This document shows, piece after piece, positions 1-11,097 of a stretch of 64,000 bases of DNA (its first letter is position 1; the number at the start of each line of letters is the position of its first letter). Below the pieces are notes generated by a model. The model searched no databases and was not told the DNA's origin. It was given only the letters and a program-made list of their open reading frames with translations. A program made the position numbers and the translations under genes. The stretch is taken from assembly GCA_039934815.1 (NCBI GenBank), contig JBDTLL010000001.1:1010-65009 (forward strand), written 5' to 3'. The DNA comes from Daejeonella sp. Lineage in GTDB: Bacteria > Bacteroidota > Bacteroidia > Sphingobacteriales > Sphingobacteriaceae.

Positions 1-472
1 ACTTTCCCAAAGTCTTTCTATTCCACGTAAGGAAGCTGCAGAAATAATTGAAAATTATTTTACGCAATATCCGGGAATTAAAAATTACATGAATAACACC
101 ATGAATTTTGCCCGCGAAAACGGATATGTAGAAACTATAATGGGCAGACGCCGCTACTTACGTGATATTAATTCGGCGAACGCAACTGTTAGAGGTTTCG
201 CAGAGCGAAATGCAATCAATGCGCCCATTCAGGGTTCTGCCGCAGATATGATCAAAGTAGCGATGATTCGCATTCATCAGGATATCAAAGACCAGAAACT
301 ACAATCTAAAATGACCATGCAGGTGCATGATGAATTGGTGTTTGATGTGTTGAGATCTGAAGTAGAGCCGATGAAAGCCATTATTGAAAACCGAATGAAA
401 AATGCCATGAAGTTGGAAGTGCCCATTTTAGTAGAAATTGGTCAGGGAGAAAACTGGCTGGAAGCACATTAA
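1..472 (+). CDS. polA: DNA polymerase I, C-terminal part (5' truncated by window)
   Basis: GYVETIMGRRR, AINAPIQGSAAD and QVHDELVF (PolA motif C); frame is open from the window edge. Confidence 0.97.
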   Translation, partial: LSQSLSIPRKEAAEIIENYFTQYPGIKNYMNNTMNFARENGYVETIMGRRRYLRDINSANATVRGFAERNAINAPIQGSAADMIKVAMIRIHQDIKDQKLQSKMTMQVHDELVFDVLRSEVEPMKAIIENRMKNAMKLEVPILVEIGQGENWLEAH

Positions 473-582
473 TTTTCATCCGGTAAAACCGGGAAAATTT
501 TATCGGTTTATTTTGTGAAGAGAACCGATATTTTCTGGGATATTCAGTAACATTTATTAAATTAAGACACCAAATCTATTTT

Positions 583-2016
583 ATGAATGTTATTCACCTA
601 AGTGCCGAATGCTATCCCGTAGCCAAAGTTGGGGGTTTGGGAGATGTAGTTGGTGCACTTCCAAAATATTTAAATTCTCTTGGTGTGGATGCCTGGGTAG
701 TAATGCCTTTTTACGACCGAAAATTTACCCGTGAACATGAATTCGAAATTATTTTTGAAGGTTGTGGAAAATTAGGGCATAAAGATTTTGAATTCAGTGT
801 ATTAAAAGAGAAGACAAACGTATTAGGTTTTCCGCTATATCTCATTAAAATACCGGGTTTGGTAGACAGGCAGGAAGTTTATTGCTATCCTGATGAAATT
901 GAGCAGTTCATTGCTTTTCAATTAGCTTTTTTAGAGTGGATGGTTCAAACTAATTCTGAGCCGGATATTATCCATTGTCACGATCATCACACAGGGCTAA
1001 TTCCTTTTTTAGTTTCGCATTCTGCGAAATACAATTCATTAAAACATATTCCAACGGTTGTTACCATTCACAACGGTGAATATCAGGGTTGGTTTGGCTG
1101 GGATAAAGTAAGTTATCTGCCGGAAATTGATTTATCGAGATCTGGTTTGCTTGATTGGGGAGGCTGCATCAATTCTCTTGCTGCGGCTGTTAAAAGTTGC
1201 TGGAAATATACTACCGTATCGCCCGGTTATCTTCGAGAATTGTCTTACAATTCAAATGGTTTGGAACTCCTTTTCCAAATGGAAACGCAAAAAGGTCAGG
1301 GAATTATAAACGGGATAGATACAGAAGTTTGGAATCCGGCAACGGATCCAAGAATTGCAAATCATTTTGATAGTAAAACTTTTCGGCATGGGAAGAAGCT
1401 AAGTAAATCTCAGCTTTGCAAAGAGTTTGGCTTGAATGAAAAGCTTCCCTTATTTGTGTTTATTGGACGACTTGTAGGTGAGAAAGGTGCCGACTTACTT
1501 CCGGAAATAATTAGTCAAACCTTAACAAAACATAAAAATGAAGCAAGCTTTCTGATTCTGGGTTCCGGAGAAAAGTTGATTGAAAAGGAATTGACGGATC
1601 TTAAAAAGAAATTCAAAAAACAGTACGCCCTGTTTATTGGTTATGATGAAGACCTTGCTCATCGCATTTATGCGGGCGCAGATTTTATAATAATGCCTTC
1701 GCGGGTTGAGCCTTGCGGTTTAAATCAGCTATATTCTTTAAGATATGGAACTTTACCAATTGTAAATAATACAGGAGGTTTAGCAGATACTATAATTGAT
1801 TTTGATTCTCCTGACGGTTATGGGATCAAATTTGACAAAGCAACTGTAGTTGATGCGATGAATGCTATTGGCAGAGCCATTAAACTTTTTAATGAACCTG
1901 AAAAATTATCCGGTTTAGTTAAAAAAATGATGACTCTGAATTTTTCCTGGGATAAATCAGCAAAAGAATATATACAGTTATATCAAAATTTAATACTCTT
2001 AAAAAATGGATTATAA
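583..2016 (+). CDS. glgA: Glycogen synthase (GT5)
   Basis: KVGGLGDV ADP-glucose motif, HCHDHHT, EPCGLNQL; overlaps glgC start. Confidence 0.96.
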   Translation: MNVIHLSAECYPVAKVGGLGDVVGALPKYLNSLGVDAWVVMPFYDRKFTREHEFEIIFEGCGKLGHKDFEFSVLKEKTNVLGFPLYLIKIPGLVDRQEVYCYPDEIEQFIAFQLAFLEWMVQTNSEPDIIHCHDHHTGLIPFLVSHSAKYNSLKHIPTVVTIHNGEYQGWFGWDKVSYLPEIDLSRSGLLDWGGCINSLAAAVKSCWKYTTVSPGYLRELSYNSNGLELLFQMETQKGQGIINGIDTEVWNPATDPRIANHFDSKTFRHGKKLSKSQLCKEFGLNEKLPLFVFIGRLVGEKGADLLPEIISQTLTKHKNEASFLILGSGEKLIEKELTDLKKKFKKQYALFIGYDEDLAHRIYAGADFIIMPSRVEPCGLNQLYSLRYGTLPIVNNTGGLADTIIDFDSPDGYGIKFDKATVVDAMNAIGRAIKLFNEPEKLSGLVKKMMTLNFSWDKSAKEYIQLYQNLILLKNGL

Positions 2017-3274
2017 AGTTATATGTGTAGTGCTTGGCGGCGGACAAGGTTCACGTCTGTACCCTTTAACATCAACCCGTTCTAAACCGGCGGTACCTAT
2101 TGCAGGGAAGTACAGATTAGTGGATATACCAATTTCTAACTGCATGAATGCAGGTATTGAGCGCATTTTTGTGGTGACACAATTTAACTCAGCATCGCTT
2201 AATAAGCATATTAAGAATACGTATCACTTCAGCATTTTTAGTGATGCGTTTGTGGATATTTTAGCGGCAGAACAAACACCCTCTAATACTACCTGGTTTC
2301 AGGGAACTGCAGATGCTGTTCGCCAATGTCTGCATCATTTTGCTCAACATGAATATGACTATTTGCTGATTCTTTCGGGAGATCAGTTATACCAAATGGA
2401 CTTTCAACAAATGATTAAAAATCATGAAGAAAGCCAGGCGGAAATTTCAATTGCCACCATCCCCGTAACTGCCAAAGAAGCAACAAGCTTCGGCATTATG
2501 AAAACGGATAAAAATCATTTTATAACTTCCTTTATAGAAAAGCCTAAGGCAGATTTATTGACTGATTGGGTTTCGGACGTGGGAGAAGTAATGAAATCTC
2601 AGAACCGTAATTACCTGGCATCAATGGGTATTTATGTATTTAATAAGGGCGTTTTGTTAAGTCTGCTTGAAGGAAATGAGCTAACCGATTTTGGTAAAGA
2701 GATTATTCCGCTCTCATTGCAAAACCACAAGGTAATGAGTTACCAGTATGAAGGTTACTGGACAGATATTGGTAATATCCATTCTTTTTTCGATGCCAAT
2801 ATTGGCCTTACTGACGATATTCCACAGTTTAACCTTTTCGATAAAAAGCCTATTTACTCAAGAGCAAGAATGCTCCCGCCATCTAAAATATCCGGAACAA
2901 CGTTAGAGAAGACTGTTATTTCTGATGGTTGCATCATTAATGCAAGCAGAATTGAGCGTTCAGTAATTGGAATCAGAACTCGAATTGGTAACGGTACAAC
3001 CATTGTAAATACGTACGTGATGGGTAATGATTACTACCAGACACTGGACGAATTAAAAAGTTCTGTAGTAACAAATAATCCAATTATGGGAATTGGCGAT
3101 CGTTGCTACATTAAAAATGCAATTCTGGATAAGAATTGCCACATTGGTAATGATGTTAGAATTATTGGCAGCCCCGAAATGGAAGATGGAGATTTTGATT
3201 GCTATACCATTAAAGATGGAATTATAATAATTAAAAAGGGAGCAGTTATTGAAAACAGTAAAGTAATATCTTAA
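2006..3274 (+). CDS. glgC: Glucose-1-phosphate adenylyltransferase
   Basis: GGGQGSRLYPLT..RSKPAVP, WFQGTADAV, ASMGIYVF, GYWTDIG, C-terminal beta-helix. Confidence 0.97.
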   Translation: MDYKVICVVLGGGQGSRLYPLTSTRSKPAVPIAGKYRLVDIPISNCMNAGIERIFVVTQFNSASLNKHIKNTYHFSIFSDAFVDILAAEQTPSNTTWFQGTADAVRQCLHHFAQHEYDYLLILSGDQLYQMDFQQMIKNHEESQAEISIATIPVTAKEATSFGIMKTDKNHFITSFIEKPKADLLTDWVSDVGEVMKSQNRNYLASMGIYVFNKGVLLSLLEGNELTDFGKEIIPLSLQNHKVMSYQYEGYWTDIGNIHSFFDANIGLTDDIPQFNLFDKKPIYSRARMLPPSKISGTTLEKTVISDGCIINASRIERSVIGIRTRIGNGTTIVNTYVMGNDYYQTLDELKSSVVTNNPIMGIGDRCYIKNAILDKNCHIGNDVRIIGSPEMEDGDFDCYTIKDGIIIIKKGAVIENSKVIS

Positions 3275-3289
3275 TTTTAATCCGAAGTC

Positions 3290-3325
3290 AAATCAAAAAA
3301 GCCCTTTTCAGGGCTTTTTTGATTT
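3290..3325. terminator. Bidirectional intrinsic terminator between glgC and MBL hydrolase
   Basis: AAATCAAAAAAGCCCT-tttc-AGGGCTTTTTTGATTT inverted repeat with A/T tracts, between convergent genes. Confidence 0.9.
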
Positions 3326-4002
3326 TAAAGAATTAGCGAATCCCCGATTTCCATTATTTTGAAATTAATGTTCGCATCAGAAAATTTTCGCTTTGCTTCA
3401 TCAACATCAATTTCAATGACCGGAAATGTGTTGTAATGTATTCCGATAACATTGTCACAATTGATCATTCTGGCTGCTAAAATAGCATCGTCAATTCCCA
3501 TTGTAAAATTATCGCCAATAGGCAAAAAAGCCCAGTTAAGATGTTCATTTGCTAAAAACTGCATATCAGAATGAAGGGAAGTATCTCCGGCAAAGTAAAT
3601 TTTCCTGTCATCGGCATCAATTACAAAACCGGCCGGATTGCCTCCGTACGTTCCATCGGGCAATGAACTTGAATGGATAGCGTTTACCATTTTAACGCGA
3701 CCAAAGTCAAATTTAAACGATCCGCCAATGTTCATTGCATGAACATTTTCTATTCCCTTTTTACCCAGCCAACCCGTTATATCGGCAATACAAATTACTG
3801 TGGCATTGCTATTTTTATGGATCTCTTCCAAATCTGCAATATGATCGCCGTGACCGTGAGAGATTAAAATATAGTCAGGTTTTAAAGCAGCAACATCAAT
3901 TTTTGACGCTAATTTATTGGGGCGTATAAACGGATCAAAAAGTAAAGTTTTTGATTTCAGCTCTAGCTGCACGCAGGAATGTCCTAAATAAGTAGCTTTC
4001 AT
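3325..4002 (-). CDS. Metal-dependent hydrolase, metallo-beta-lactamase fold (UPF0173-like)
   Basis: YLGHS, SHGHGDH (HxHxDH), YFAGDT, LPIGDNFTMG, IHYNTFP. Confidence 0.9.
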   Translation of the reverse strand: MKATYLGHSCVQLELKSKTLLFDPFIRPNKLASKIDVAALKPDYILISHGHGDHIADLEEIHKNSNATVICIADITGWLGKKGIENVHAMNIGGSFKFDFGRVKMVNAIHSSSLPDGTYGGNPAGFVIDADDRKIYFAGDTSLHSDMQFLANEHLNWAFLPIGDNFTMGIDDAILAARMINCDNVIGIHYNTFPVIEIDVDEAKRKFSDANINFKIMEIGDSLIL

Positions 4003-4009
4003 AAGGATT

Positions 4010-4315
4010 TTACTTACCGAATAAACTCCCTAATCCGCCCATCATATCGCGGGTAGCCGCCTGCATTTCTGCCTGACCAACTTCATCAGCTTTGCTTAAC
4101 GCTTTATTTATGGCTGTTAAAAGAAGTTCTTCTATTTCCTCTTTGTCTGCTGATTTTAAAAAATCAGCATTTATATCAATGGAAGTAATTGCTTTATTTG
4201 CGGTAGCACGGATCTTTATTTTTCCACCTTCTACTTCAGAATCAACAGAAATATTATCCAGATTCTTTTTTATTTCTTCAGCTTTTTTCTGAGCTTCAAC
4301 TATTTTATCGAACAT
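4010..4315 (-). CDS. YbaB/EbfC family nucleoid-associated protein
   Basis: 101 aa; AQKKAEE..EGGKIKI..EEIEELLLTAINKAL pattern. Confidence 0.88.
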   Translation of the reverse strand: MFDKIVEAQKKAEEIKKNLDNISVDSEVEGGKIKIRATANKAITSIDINADFLKSADKEEIEELLLTAINKALSKADEVGQAEMQAATRDMMGGLGSLFGK

Positions 4316-4361
4316 ATACTTTTGATTTTATTCAAAAATAACATTCTTCAACAAGAAAGGT

Positions 4362-4742
4362 TTAGATAGTGCTTCGGATAATATCCGGAGAAAGGGGTTT
4401 GGAGATAAATCCGGTTACGGAAGAATAAGTTTGTGATTTTAAAATATCTTTCTCATCAACAGAAGAAGTCACAATAAAAATCCGGATGATTTTAATGAGC
4501 TCCTGGCGAAAGTTTTCGAACAAGTCCAAAAAATCCCATCCATCAACTACCGGCATATTCAGGTCCAATAAAATCACATCCGGTAAAGCCTGATCATTAT
4601 TTTTATTTTCTTTTATAAATTCAATCGCCCGTCCGGCTTCGGTAAAGCTTGTGTATTGATCAAAAAGTTGATGCTTCTCAATCATTATTTGCGCTATACG
4701 CTGATGGATCGAGTCGTCGTCAATTATAAAAACTTTGCTCAT
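4362..4742 (-). CDS. Single-domain response regulator (receiver)
   Basis: IIDDD, ILLDLNMPVVDGW, VTSS, FISKPL. Confidence 0.92.
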   Translation of the reverse strand: MSKVFIIDDDSIHQRIAQIMIEKHQLFDQYTSFTEAGRAIEFIKENKNNDQALPDVILLDLNMPVVDGWDFLDLFENFRQELIKIIRIFIVTSSVDEKDILKSQTYSSVTGFISKPLSPDIIRSTI

Positions 4743-4932
4743 TTTATTTTATGCTTCACAAATTTGATGTAGATACTTAATTATTGAAACCCTTCTGCAA
4801 TCACAGATTTTAGTTTTAATACATAAGATTGCTAATTGCCCAAAACGGTTTTTCAGTCAAAACATTTACGTGACAGCGTATGCATAAGTTACAACAAAAT
4901 ATAATTGATAAAATCGTAATTGCCTGTTATAG

Positions 4933-6153
4933 CTATTCATCTGCCTGATCGCCCGGTGCCACTGTTGATGCTCCGTTACCATAATATGCGCTTTTGCGAA
5001 CAACCGGCATACCCAGCATTTTATAAAGATCATCCAGTTTCAACAAACTGCCATTAGTTAAATTGCTCAGCAACACTACAGTTACATCATTCTTCATATC
5101 ACGCAAGTAAATATGCCTGAAACCATGCCACCAGCCGGTGTGATAGAGAACTTTTTCATTTTTGTCTTCGAACATTCTCCAGCCGTAACCATAATTAAAA
5201 TGACCACGCTCCATGTTATTATGTGGTGCATACATAGAATCCATAGAGGTTTTGCTTAATAATCTGCCCTGACGCATAGCTCTGTCAAATAAAAACAAAT
5301 CCTGTACGGTACTATAAATACCTTTATCACCAACGGGCCCGTCCAGAAAATTCTGAACTACGGAGCGACGCCATATTTTATCATGACCAACAACATCAAC
5401 AGGAATTTTATCATACTTCACTTTTGAATAGACGTTTGTATTTTTCATCCCGCTAGGAATAAATACATTTTCTTTCATAAAATCTGCATATGATTTGCCG
5501 CTTACTTTTTCGATTATGGCTCCTAAAACCATAAAATTAGAATTGTTGTAATGGAATTTTCTATCTGGTTTATTATAGGGAGCGGGTTTATACTCCGCAA
5601 TTAAATTCATTACATCGGTGTTTGACATGCCCTTGCGCTTATCTTTCCAGATGTTATCTGAGAAATAAACATAGTTCATCATGCCAGATCGATGCGTCAA
5701 TAGCATCTTAATTGTTATACCATCATACGGGAAATTGGGGAAGAACTCTTTAACATCCTGACTTAATTTCAACTTGCCACGTTCAGCCAAAATCATTATT
5801 CCGGTGGCTGTAAACGGTTTAGTTACAGATGCAAGTTCAAACTGAGAATTTATTTTTAAGCTATCGCGATGTAAATAATCTGCCCAGCCAATGGCGTTCT
5901 GATAAATGATTTTTCCCTTTTTAGCTACGAGTACATTCCCGTTAAAGCCGTATTTGCGATGAAGATTTTGCATAAATGCATCAACCTTCTTGTTTTCATT
6001 TTTAGGATTATAAACCAATAATAAACTGTCTTCTTTTCTATGGTCGACCTTCTCTGCCGAGTTACTGATATTTGTGGAGCTTGAAGAATTACAGGATGCG
6101 AAACAAAAAAGCGCAGCAAAAACTGCAAAAGTATTACGTAAATAAAATATCAT
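4933..6153 (-). CDS. Serine hydrolase, beta-lactamase/AmpC-like family, probable lipoprotein
   Basis: Lipobox FASC, SxxK (ASVTK), LLTHRSG, YNN, HTG. Confidence 0.88.
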   Translation of the reverse strand: MIFYLRNTFAVFAALFCFASCNSSSSTNISNSAEKVDHRKEDSLLLVYNPKNENKKVDAFMQNLHRKYGFNGNVLVAKKGKIIYQNAIGWADYLHRDSLKINSQFELASVTKPFTATGIMILAERGKLKLSQDVKEFFPNFPYDGITIKMLLTHRSGMMNYVYFSDNIWKDKRKGMSNTDVMNLIAEYKPAPYNKPDRKFHYNNSNFMVLGAIIEKVSGKSYADFMKENVFIPSGMKNTNVYSKVKYDKIPVDVVGHDKIWRRSVVQNFLDGPVGDKGIYSTVQDLFLFDRAMRQGRLLSKTSMDSMYAPHNNMERGHFNYGYGWRMFEDKNEKVLYHTGWWHGFRHIYLRDMKNDVTVVLLSNLTNGSLLKLDDLYKMLGMPVVRKSAYYGNGASTVAPGDQADE

Positions 6154-6334
6154 TACCGGGTTTTAAAATGGATTATATAAATAGAATGGCGAAAATTAGG
6201 AATTATTGTATTGAAGTTTTTAAAAGAGTTTTCAACGTAGTAGAATACGACTGCCGCAAAAGTAAGTTTCGGCAGAATAAAAACTATTTATTTTATCATT
6301 TATTTAATCTAAGTGCATTCTATCTTAAAAAATA

Positions 6335-6342
6335 TAAATTTG
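6335..6342 (+). promoter_or_regulatory. Bacteroidota -7 promoter element upstream of fumC
   Basis: TAAATTTG matches TAnnTTTG, 22 nt before the ATG; a divergent TACTTTTG lies on the minus strand at 6257-6264. Confidence 0.65.
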
Positions 6343-6364
6343 CAGCGAATCAAAATTCAATAAA

Positions 6365-7762
6365 ATGACTTACAGAGTTGAACACGATACAATGGGCGAA
6401 GTACAGGTACCAGCCGATAAATATTGGGGTGCCCAAACACAACGTTCGCGTAATAATTTTAAAATTGGACCTGAAGCTTCAATGCCTTCTGAAATAATTG
6501 CGGCTTTTGCTTATTTAAAAAAGGCAGCAGCTTATACAAATACAGATTGCGGTGTTCTTCCGGAGGAAAAAAGAGATCTAATTGCTGCCGTTTGCGATGA
6601 AATTTTGGAAGGGAAACTAGCTTCAGAATTTCCTTTAGTGATCTGGCAAACAGGCTCCGGCACACAATCTAATATGAATGTGAATGAAGTTGTTGCAAAC
6701 CGTTCGCACGTTTTACAAGGAAACAGCCTTGGCGACGGTAATACCTTTATACATCCGAATGACGATGTTAATAAATCACAGTCATCTAATGATACTTTCC
6801 CAACGGCCATGCATATTGCAGCTTACAAAATGGTGGCTGAAGTAACAATTCCCGGGGTTGAAAAGCTTCGTGATTCTTTAAATGCAAAAGCAGAATCTTT
6901 TAAAGATGTAGTAAAGATTGGACGTACGCACCTAATGGATGCAACACCATTAACACTGGGACAGGAATTTTCCGGTTACGTTTCTCAACTTTCTCATGGC
7001 TTAAAAGCTTTAAATAATACACTTGATCATTTGTCAGAACTTGCCTTAGGCGGAACTGCAGTTGGCACCGGAATAAACACTCCAAAAGGTTACGATGTAA
7101 AAGTAGCCTCTTACATAGCGGAATTTACTGGTTTACCATTTAGAACGGCCGAAAATAAATTTGAAGCGCTGGCTGCACATGATGCGATTGTTGAAACGCA
7201 CGGAGCATTAAAGCAACTTGCAGTGTCATTAATGAAAATCGCAAATGATATTCGCATGCTTGCTTCCGGTCCGCGTTCCGGAATCGGAGAAATCCACATT
7301 CCGGATAACGAACCAGGTTCTTCAATAATGCCTGGAAAAGTAAATCCTACTCAAAACGAGGCTGTAACCATGGTTGCTGCACAAGTTATGGGTAATGATG
7401 TAACTATTTCAATTGGCGGATCGAACGGTCATTATGAATTGAATGTTTTTAAACCGGTTATGGCGGCTAATTTTCTGCAGTCCGCACGGTTAATTGGCGA
7501 TGCATGCGTTTCATTTACAGATCATTGTGTATCTGGAATTGAGCCCAATTACGATGGTATAAAAAAGCATTTAGAAAATTCATTAATGCTTGTCACCGCA
7601 TTGAATCCACATATTGGTTATGAAAATGCGGCAAAAATTGCCAAAAAAGCGTTAAAGGAAAACACTTCCTTACGGGAAGCTGCCGTTGGTTTGGAATTAT
7701 TGACCAATGAACAGTTTGATCAGTGGGTGCGCCCGGAAGACATGATTGGCGGTTTAAAATAA
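6365..7762 (+). CDS. fumC: Fumarate hydratase class II
   Basis: [31 protein letters not shown] signature. Confidence 0.98.
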   Translation: MTYRVEHDTMGEVQVPADKYWGAQTQRSRNNFKIGPEASMPSEIIAAFAYLKKAAAYTNTDCGVLPEEKRDLIAAVCDEILEGKLASEFPLVIWQTGSGTQSNMNVNEVVANRSHVLQGNSLGDGNTFIHPNDDVNKSQSSNDTFPTAMHIAAYKMVAEVTIPGVEKLRDSLNAKAESFKDVVKIGRTHLMDATPLTLGQEFSGYVSQLSHGLKALNNTLDHLSELALGGTAVGTGINTPKGYDVKVASYIAEFTGLPFRTAENKFEALAAHDAIVETHGALKQLAVSLMKIANDIRMLASGPRSGIGEIHIPDNEPGSSIMPGKVNPTQNEAVTMVAAQVMGNDVTISIGGSNGHYELNVFKPVMAANFLQSARLIGDACVSFTDHCVSGIEPNYDGIKKHLENSLMLVTALNPHIGYENAAKIAKKALKENTSLREAAVGLELLTNEQFDQWVRPEDMIGGLK

Positions 7763-7805
7763 CGAGAAAACTTATCTCCCCAAAAAGGAGATTTTTACTA
7801 TTTAT

Positions 7806-8303
7806 ATGAGTAAATTTTTAACTGTATTACTTTTTTTAACTGCCTTTTTTTCCTCGTGCAGGTTTAATCCAAATCTTCAGAATAAAGGTACAGATTATAT
7901 TCAGGGCGTGTGGCAGGAAGGCGAGGTTGAATATGAGGATCAGTTATTACAATTTACGAAACATAACATCAAATTTGACTGCGATTCGTTTTATATAACT
8001 TTTGAAACAACTTCAAAAGTTAACATTAATCCGGATACATGTTATAGTTCTGGAAAATGGACAGAATATGCAAAAGGCGGATATCTGATAAAAAAAGATA
8101 CTCTTTACTTGTCGGGAACTTTTGCCAAATCAAATTTTAAACAAAAAATAAGTGGTTGTTTTAGAAACGGACAGTATCTGGAAAGTTTCATCATTAAAAA
8201 TCATAACGGCGATATTTTGAATCTGGAAAGTATGCAGCAGCATTTTCCTCTAAAATTAGCACTTAAAGAAAGAACAACCTGCAAACCTAAACCTGTTAAT
8301 TAG
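7806..8303 (+). CDS. Hypothetical lipoprotein, beta-rich with several Cys
   Basis: Hydrophobic N-terminus plus FSSC lipobox; IQGVW lipocalin-like start; no fumarase motifs. Confidence 0.75.
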   Translation: MSKFLTVLLFLTAFFSSCRFNPNLQNKGTDYIQGVWQEGEVEYEDQLLQFTKHNIKFDCDSFYITFETTSKVNINPDTCYSSGKWTEYAKGGYLIKKDTLYLSGTFAKSNFKQKISGCFRNGQYLESFIIKNHNGDILNLESMQQHFPLKLALKERTTCKPKPVN

Positions 8304-8309
8304 TATTTC

Positions 8310-9107
8310 ATGAAATTCACAAATTTAAAAAACCTGGTTTTAATAAGCCTTTTCATTTACGCTCCGGTTCAGTCAATGGCATGGGGAATGACCGGACACC
8401 GTGTGGTTGGAGAAATTGCATCCTGTTATCTGACCAAGCATACTAAAAATGAAATATCATCGATTTTAGGAACTGAATCTATGGCAATGGCCAGTAATTG
8501 GGCAGATTTTATTAAGTCAGACCCGTCCTACAATTATCTGGGAAGCTGGCATTATGCGAATTTTAGAGATCAATTAGCATATCAGACCCTGAAAGCAGAA
8601 ATGGAACAGGATACCACGTTAAATATTTATAACCGGATTCGTTTTATGAGTTCAGAGTTGAAATCCAAAAACTTAGATCATCAAAAAAAACAAATGTATT
8701 TAAGATTGCTGATCCATTTTGTTGGGGATATTCATCAACCGATGCATATGGGCAAAAAAGAAGATAGTGGTGGTAACGGAATTAAAGTTTTTTGGTTTAA
8801 TCAGCCTTCTAATTTACATCGGGTTTGGGACGAACAATTAATTGAATATCAGCAGCTGAGTTATACAGAATACGCTCGAGTTTTAAATCATCCCACCAAA
8901 CAACAAGTAAAAGACTGGCAAAATGATGATCTTTCTATTTGGGCAAATGAATCTTACCAGGCAAGTCGGAAAATATATAACGAAGTTAAACCTGATGAAA
9001 AATTAAGCTACCGATATAATTTTGATAATATTTCCTTGTTAAATGACCGTTTGTTAAAAGGCGGCGTTAGATTAGCGGGACTTTTGAATCAAATATTTGG
9101 CGCATAA
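8310..9107 (+). CDS. S1/P1 nuclease (exported)
   Basis: Signal peptide then WGMTGH, WADFIK, WHY, HFVGDIHQPMH, NLHRVWD. Confidence 0.95.
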   Translation: MKFTNLKNLVLISLFIYAPVQSMAWGMTGHRVVGEIASCYLTKHTKNEISSILGTESMAMASNWADFIKSDPSYNYLGSWHYANFRDQLAYQTLKAEMEQDTTLNIYNRIRFMSSELKSKNLDHQKKQMYLRLLIHFVGDIHQPMHMGKKEDSGGNGIKVFWFNQPSNLHRVWDEQLIEYQQLSYTEYARVLNHPTKQQVKDWQNDDLSIWANESYQASRKIYNEVKPDEKLSYRYNFDNISLLNDRLLKGGVRLAGLLNQIFGA

Positions 9108-9192
9108 TTCAAGATTTTGACCTTTTCATCTCAACATAAAATATCAAAACAGGGAAGAAGCACACAAACTCTTTGTTTTTTACTTTCGACGC

Positions 9193-10587
9193 ATGTCTAA
9201 CATAAAACCGGCTATCCCGAAAGGAACCAGGGATTTTTCACCAACAGAAATGGTGAAACGCAATTATATTTTCGATACAATAAAAACCGTTTTCAAAAAA
9301 TTCGGCTATCAGGAAATTCAAACTCCAACCATGGAAACCCTGTCAACCTTAACCGGGAAATATGGAGAAGAAGGTGATAAGCTAATATTCAAAATATTAA
9401 ATTCAGGAGATTATCTTTCTAAAGCTTCTGCCGAAAAATTAGAATCAAAAAATTCAAATGCGCTTGTTGCTGAAATTTCCGAAAAAGCCTTGCGTTATGA
9501 TTTAACTGTTCCTTTTGCCCGTTATGTTGTGATGCATCAGAACGATATTACCTTTCCTTTTAAACGTTTCCAAATCCAGCCGGTTTGGCGTGCAGACAGA
9601 CCGCAAAGAGGTCGCTACCGCGAATTTTACCAGTGCGATGCAGATGTAGTTGGTTCAGAAAGTCTATTAAATGAGGCAGAATTTATTTTAATCTATAATG
9701 AAGCCTTACGAAAACTTGGTTTAAAGGATTTCACCATCAAAATTAATAACCGAAAAATCCTGTCCGGCATTGCCGAAATTATTGGTAAGCCAGAGTTAAT
9801 TGTCGACATGACCGTGGCAATTGATAAATTGGATAAAATTGGCCTGGAAGGTGTTTCGAAAGAATTAATTGAAAGGGGTTTTACAAATCAGGATATTGAC
9901 ATTTTAAAACCGGTTATATTGCTGGAAGGCACTAGTTCAGAAAAGTTAGAAAAACTTAAAACTGTTCTTGCCAACTCCGTAACCGGACTTAAAGGTATTG
10001 AAGAAATTGAAACAATATTTTCTTATTTAAACGCTTTCGCTGATTTTGATGGCGATTGTCAGCTCGACATAACTTTAGCCCGTGGTTTAAATTATTATAC
10101 CGGAGCTATATTTGAGGTTAAAACCAACGAAGCATCAATGGGAAGTATAGGCGGAGGCGGCCGATATGATGATTTAACCGGAATGTTCGGACTAAAAAAT
10201 CTAACAGGCGTAGGAATTTCTTTTGGTGCCGATAGAATTTATGATGTTCTGGAAGAATTAAATTTATTTCCATCGGACGCAATTCTAACTACTCAGGTAT
10301 TATTCAGCAATTTTGATAAAGAAGCTGAAAAATTTGCTCTGCCATTACTTTTTGCCCTCAGAAAAGAAGGTATTTATTCTGAAATATACCCTTCATCAGT
10401 AAAACTTAAAAAACAGATGGCTTATGCCGACGATAAAAAAATACCTCTGGTAGTTTTAATTGGCAGCGACGAAATGGCGGGAAATTTAGTAACCGTAAAA
10501 AATATGAAGAGCGGCGAACAAATCAAGGTTTCAACTACAGAATTTTCGCTAAAAATTAAGGAACTCCTGCTCAATATAACCGCATAA
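9193..10587 (+). CDS. hisS: Histidyl-tRNA synthetase
   Basis: [40 protein letters not shown]. Confidence 0.98.
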   Translation: MSNIKPAIPKGTRDFSPTEMVKRNYIFDTIKTVFKKFGYQEIQTPTMETLSTLTGKYGEEGDKLIFKILNSGDYLSKASAEKLESKNSNALVAEISEKALRYDLTVPFARYVVMHQNDITFPFKRFQIQPVWRADRPQRGRYREFYQCDADVVGSESLLNEAEFILIYNEALRKLGLKDFTIKINNRKILSGIAEIIGKPELIVDMTVAIDKLDKIGLEGVSKELIERGFTNQDIDILKPVILLEGTSSEKLEKLKTVLANSVTGLKGIEEIETIFSYLNAFADFDGDCQLDITLARGLNYYTGAIFEVKTNEASMGSIGGGGRYDDLTGMFGLKNLTGVGISFGADRIYDVLEELNLFPSDAILTTQVLFSNFDKEAEKFALPLLFALRKEGIYSEIYPSSVKLKKQMAYADDKKIPLVVLIGSDEMAGNLVTVKNMKSGEQIKVSTTEFSLKIKELLLNITA

Positions 10588-10617
10588 AAAAAGCCTTGTA
10601 TAAATACAAAGCCTTTT
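10586..10617 (-). terminator. Intrinsic terminator between hisS and the convergent lipoprotein gene
   Basis: Minus strand GCTTTGTAT-tt-ATACAAGGC stem (one G:U) followed by a T run. Confidence 0.65.
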
Positions 10618-10635
10618 GAATTGTGATTTGAGGTT

Positions 10636-11097
10636 TTAATCTCTACAAGGGCAATGGAAGTTTATTGTATAAACAACTTTAGCCGCAGTTTTTGTTCCGT
10701 TATCGTTGTAAGTCACGTTTGTTGTTTCCTGTTTCCAGGTCATCATTTTAGTGTCTACATAAATAACCTCAAATCGTTGGCTAACTCCGCCATCAGTAAA
10801 TGAAATATAGTTTTTACCGTTTACGTTTGTTACCGCATAACTAGATGATAAATCGTGATTTTCTGCTAAGTTATAGCGGTTTATAGCATCTCCAATGATA
10901 TATTTAGATCCGGGAGTATTGCTGCTTTGAAATACTTGTTTATTCGACGAATCAAAATAAACAGAATTTTCAGAAATTGTTAACCAAGTGCCTTTAAGTT
11001 GTTCAGTAACTGGCTTGCTGATTTCTTTTTTCTTGTCCTTTTTACAGCTTGCAACCGAGATAAGGGCAATTAACGAGAGTAGGAGGATTCTTTTCAT
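10636..11097 (-). CDS. Lipocalin-like lipoprotein
   Basis: VASC lipobox followed by KKDKKKE, LKGTW motif, beta-strand pattern. Confidence 0.75.
   Translation of the reverse strand: MKRILLLSLIALISVASCKKDKKKEISKPVTEQLKGTWLTISENSVYFDSSNKQVFQSSNTPGSKYIIGDAINRYNLAENHDLSSSYAVTNVNGKNYISFTDGGVSQRFEVIYVDTKMMTWKQETTNVTYNDNGTKTAAKVVYTINFHCPCRD

Noticed and set aside
473-545. Two short inverted repeats after polA (CCGGT/ACCGG, TATCGGTT/AACCGATA) as an ncRNA
   Set aside because: Short stems with no recognisable RNA family; at most a weak terminator.
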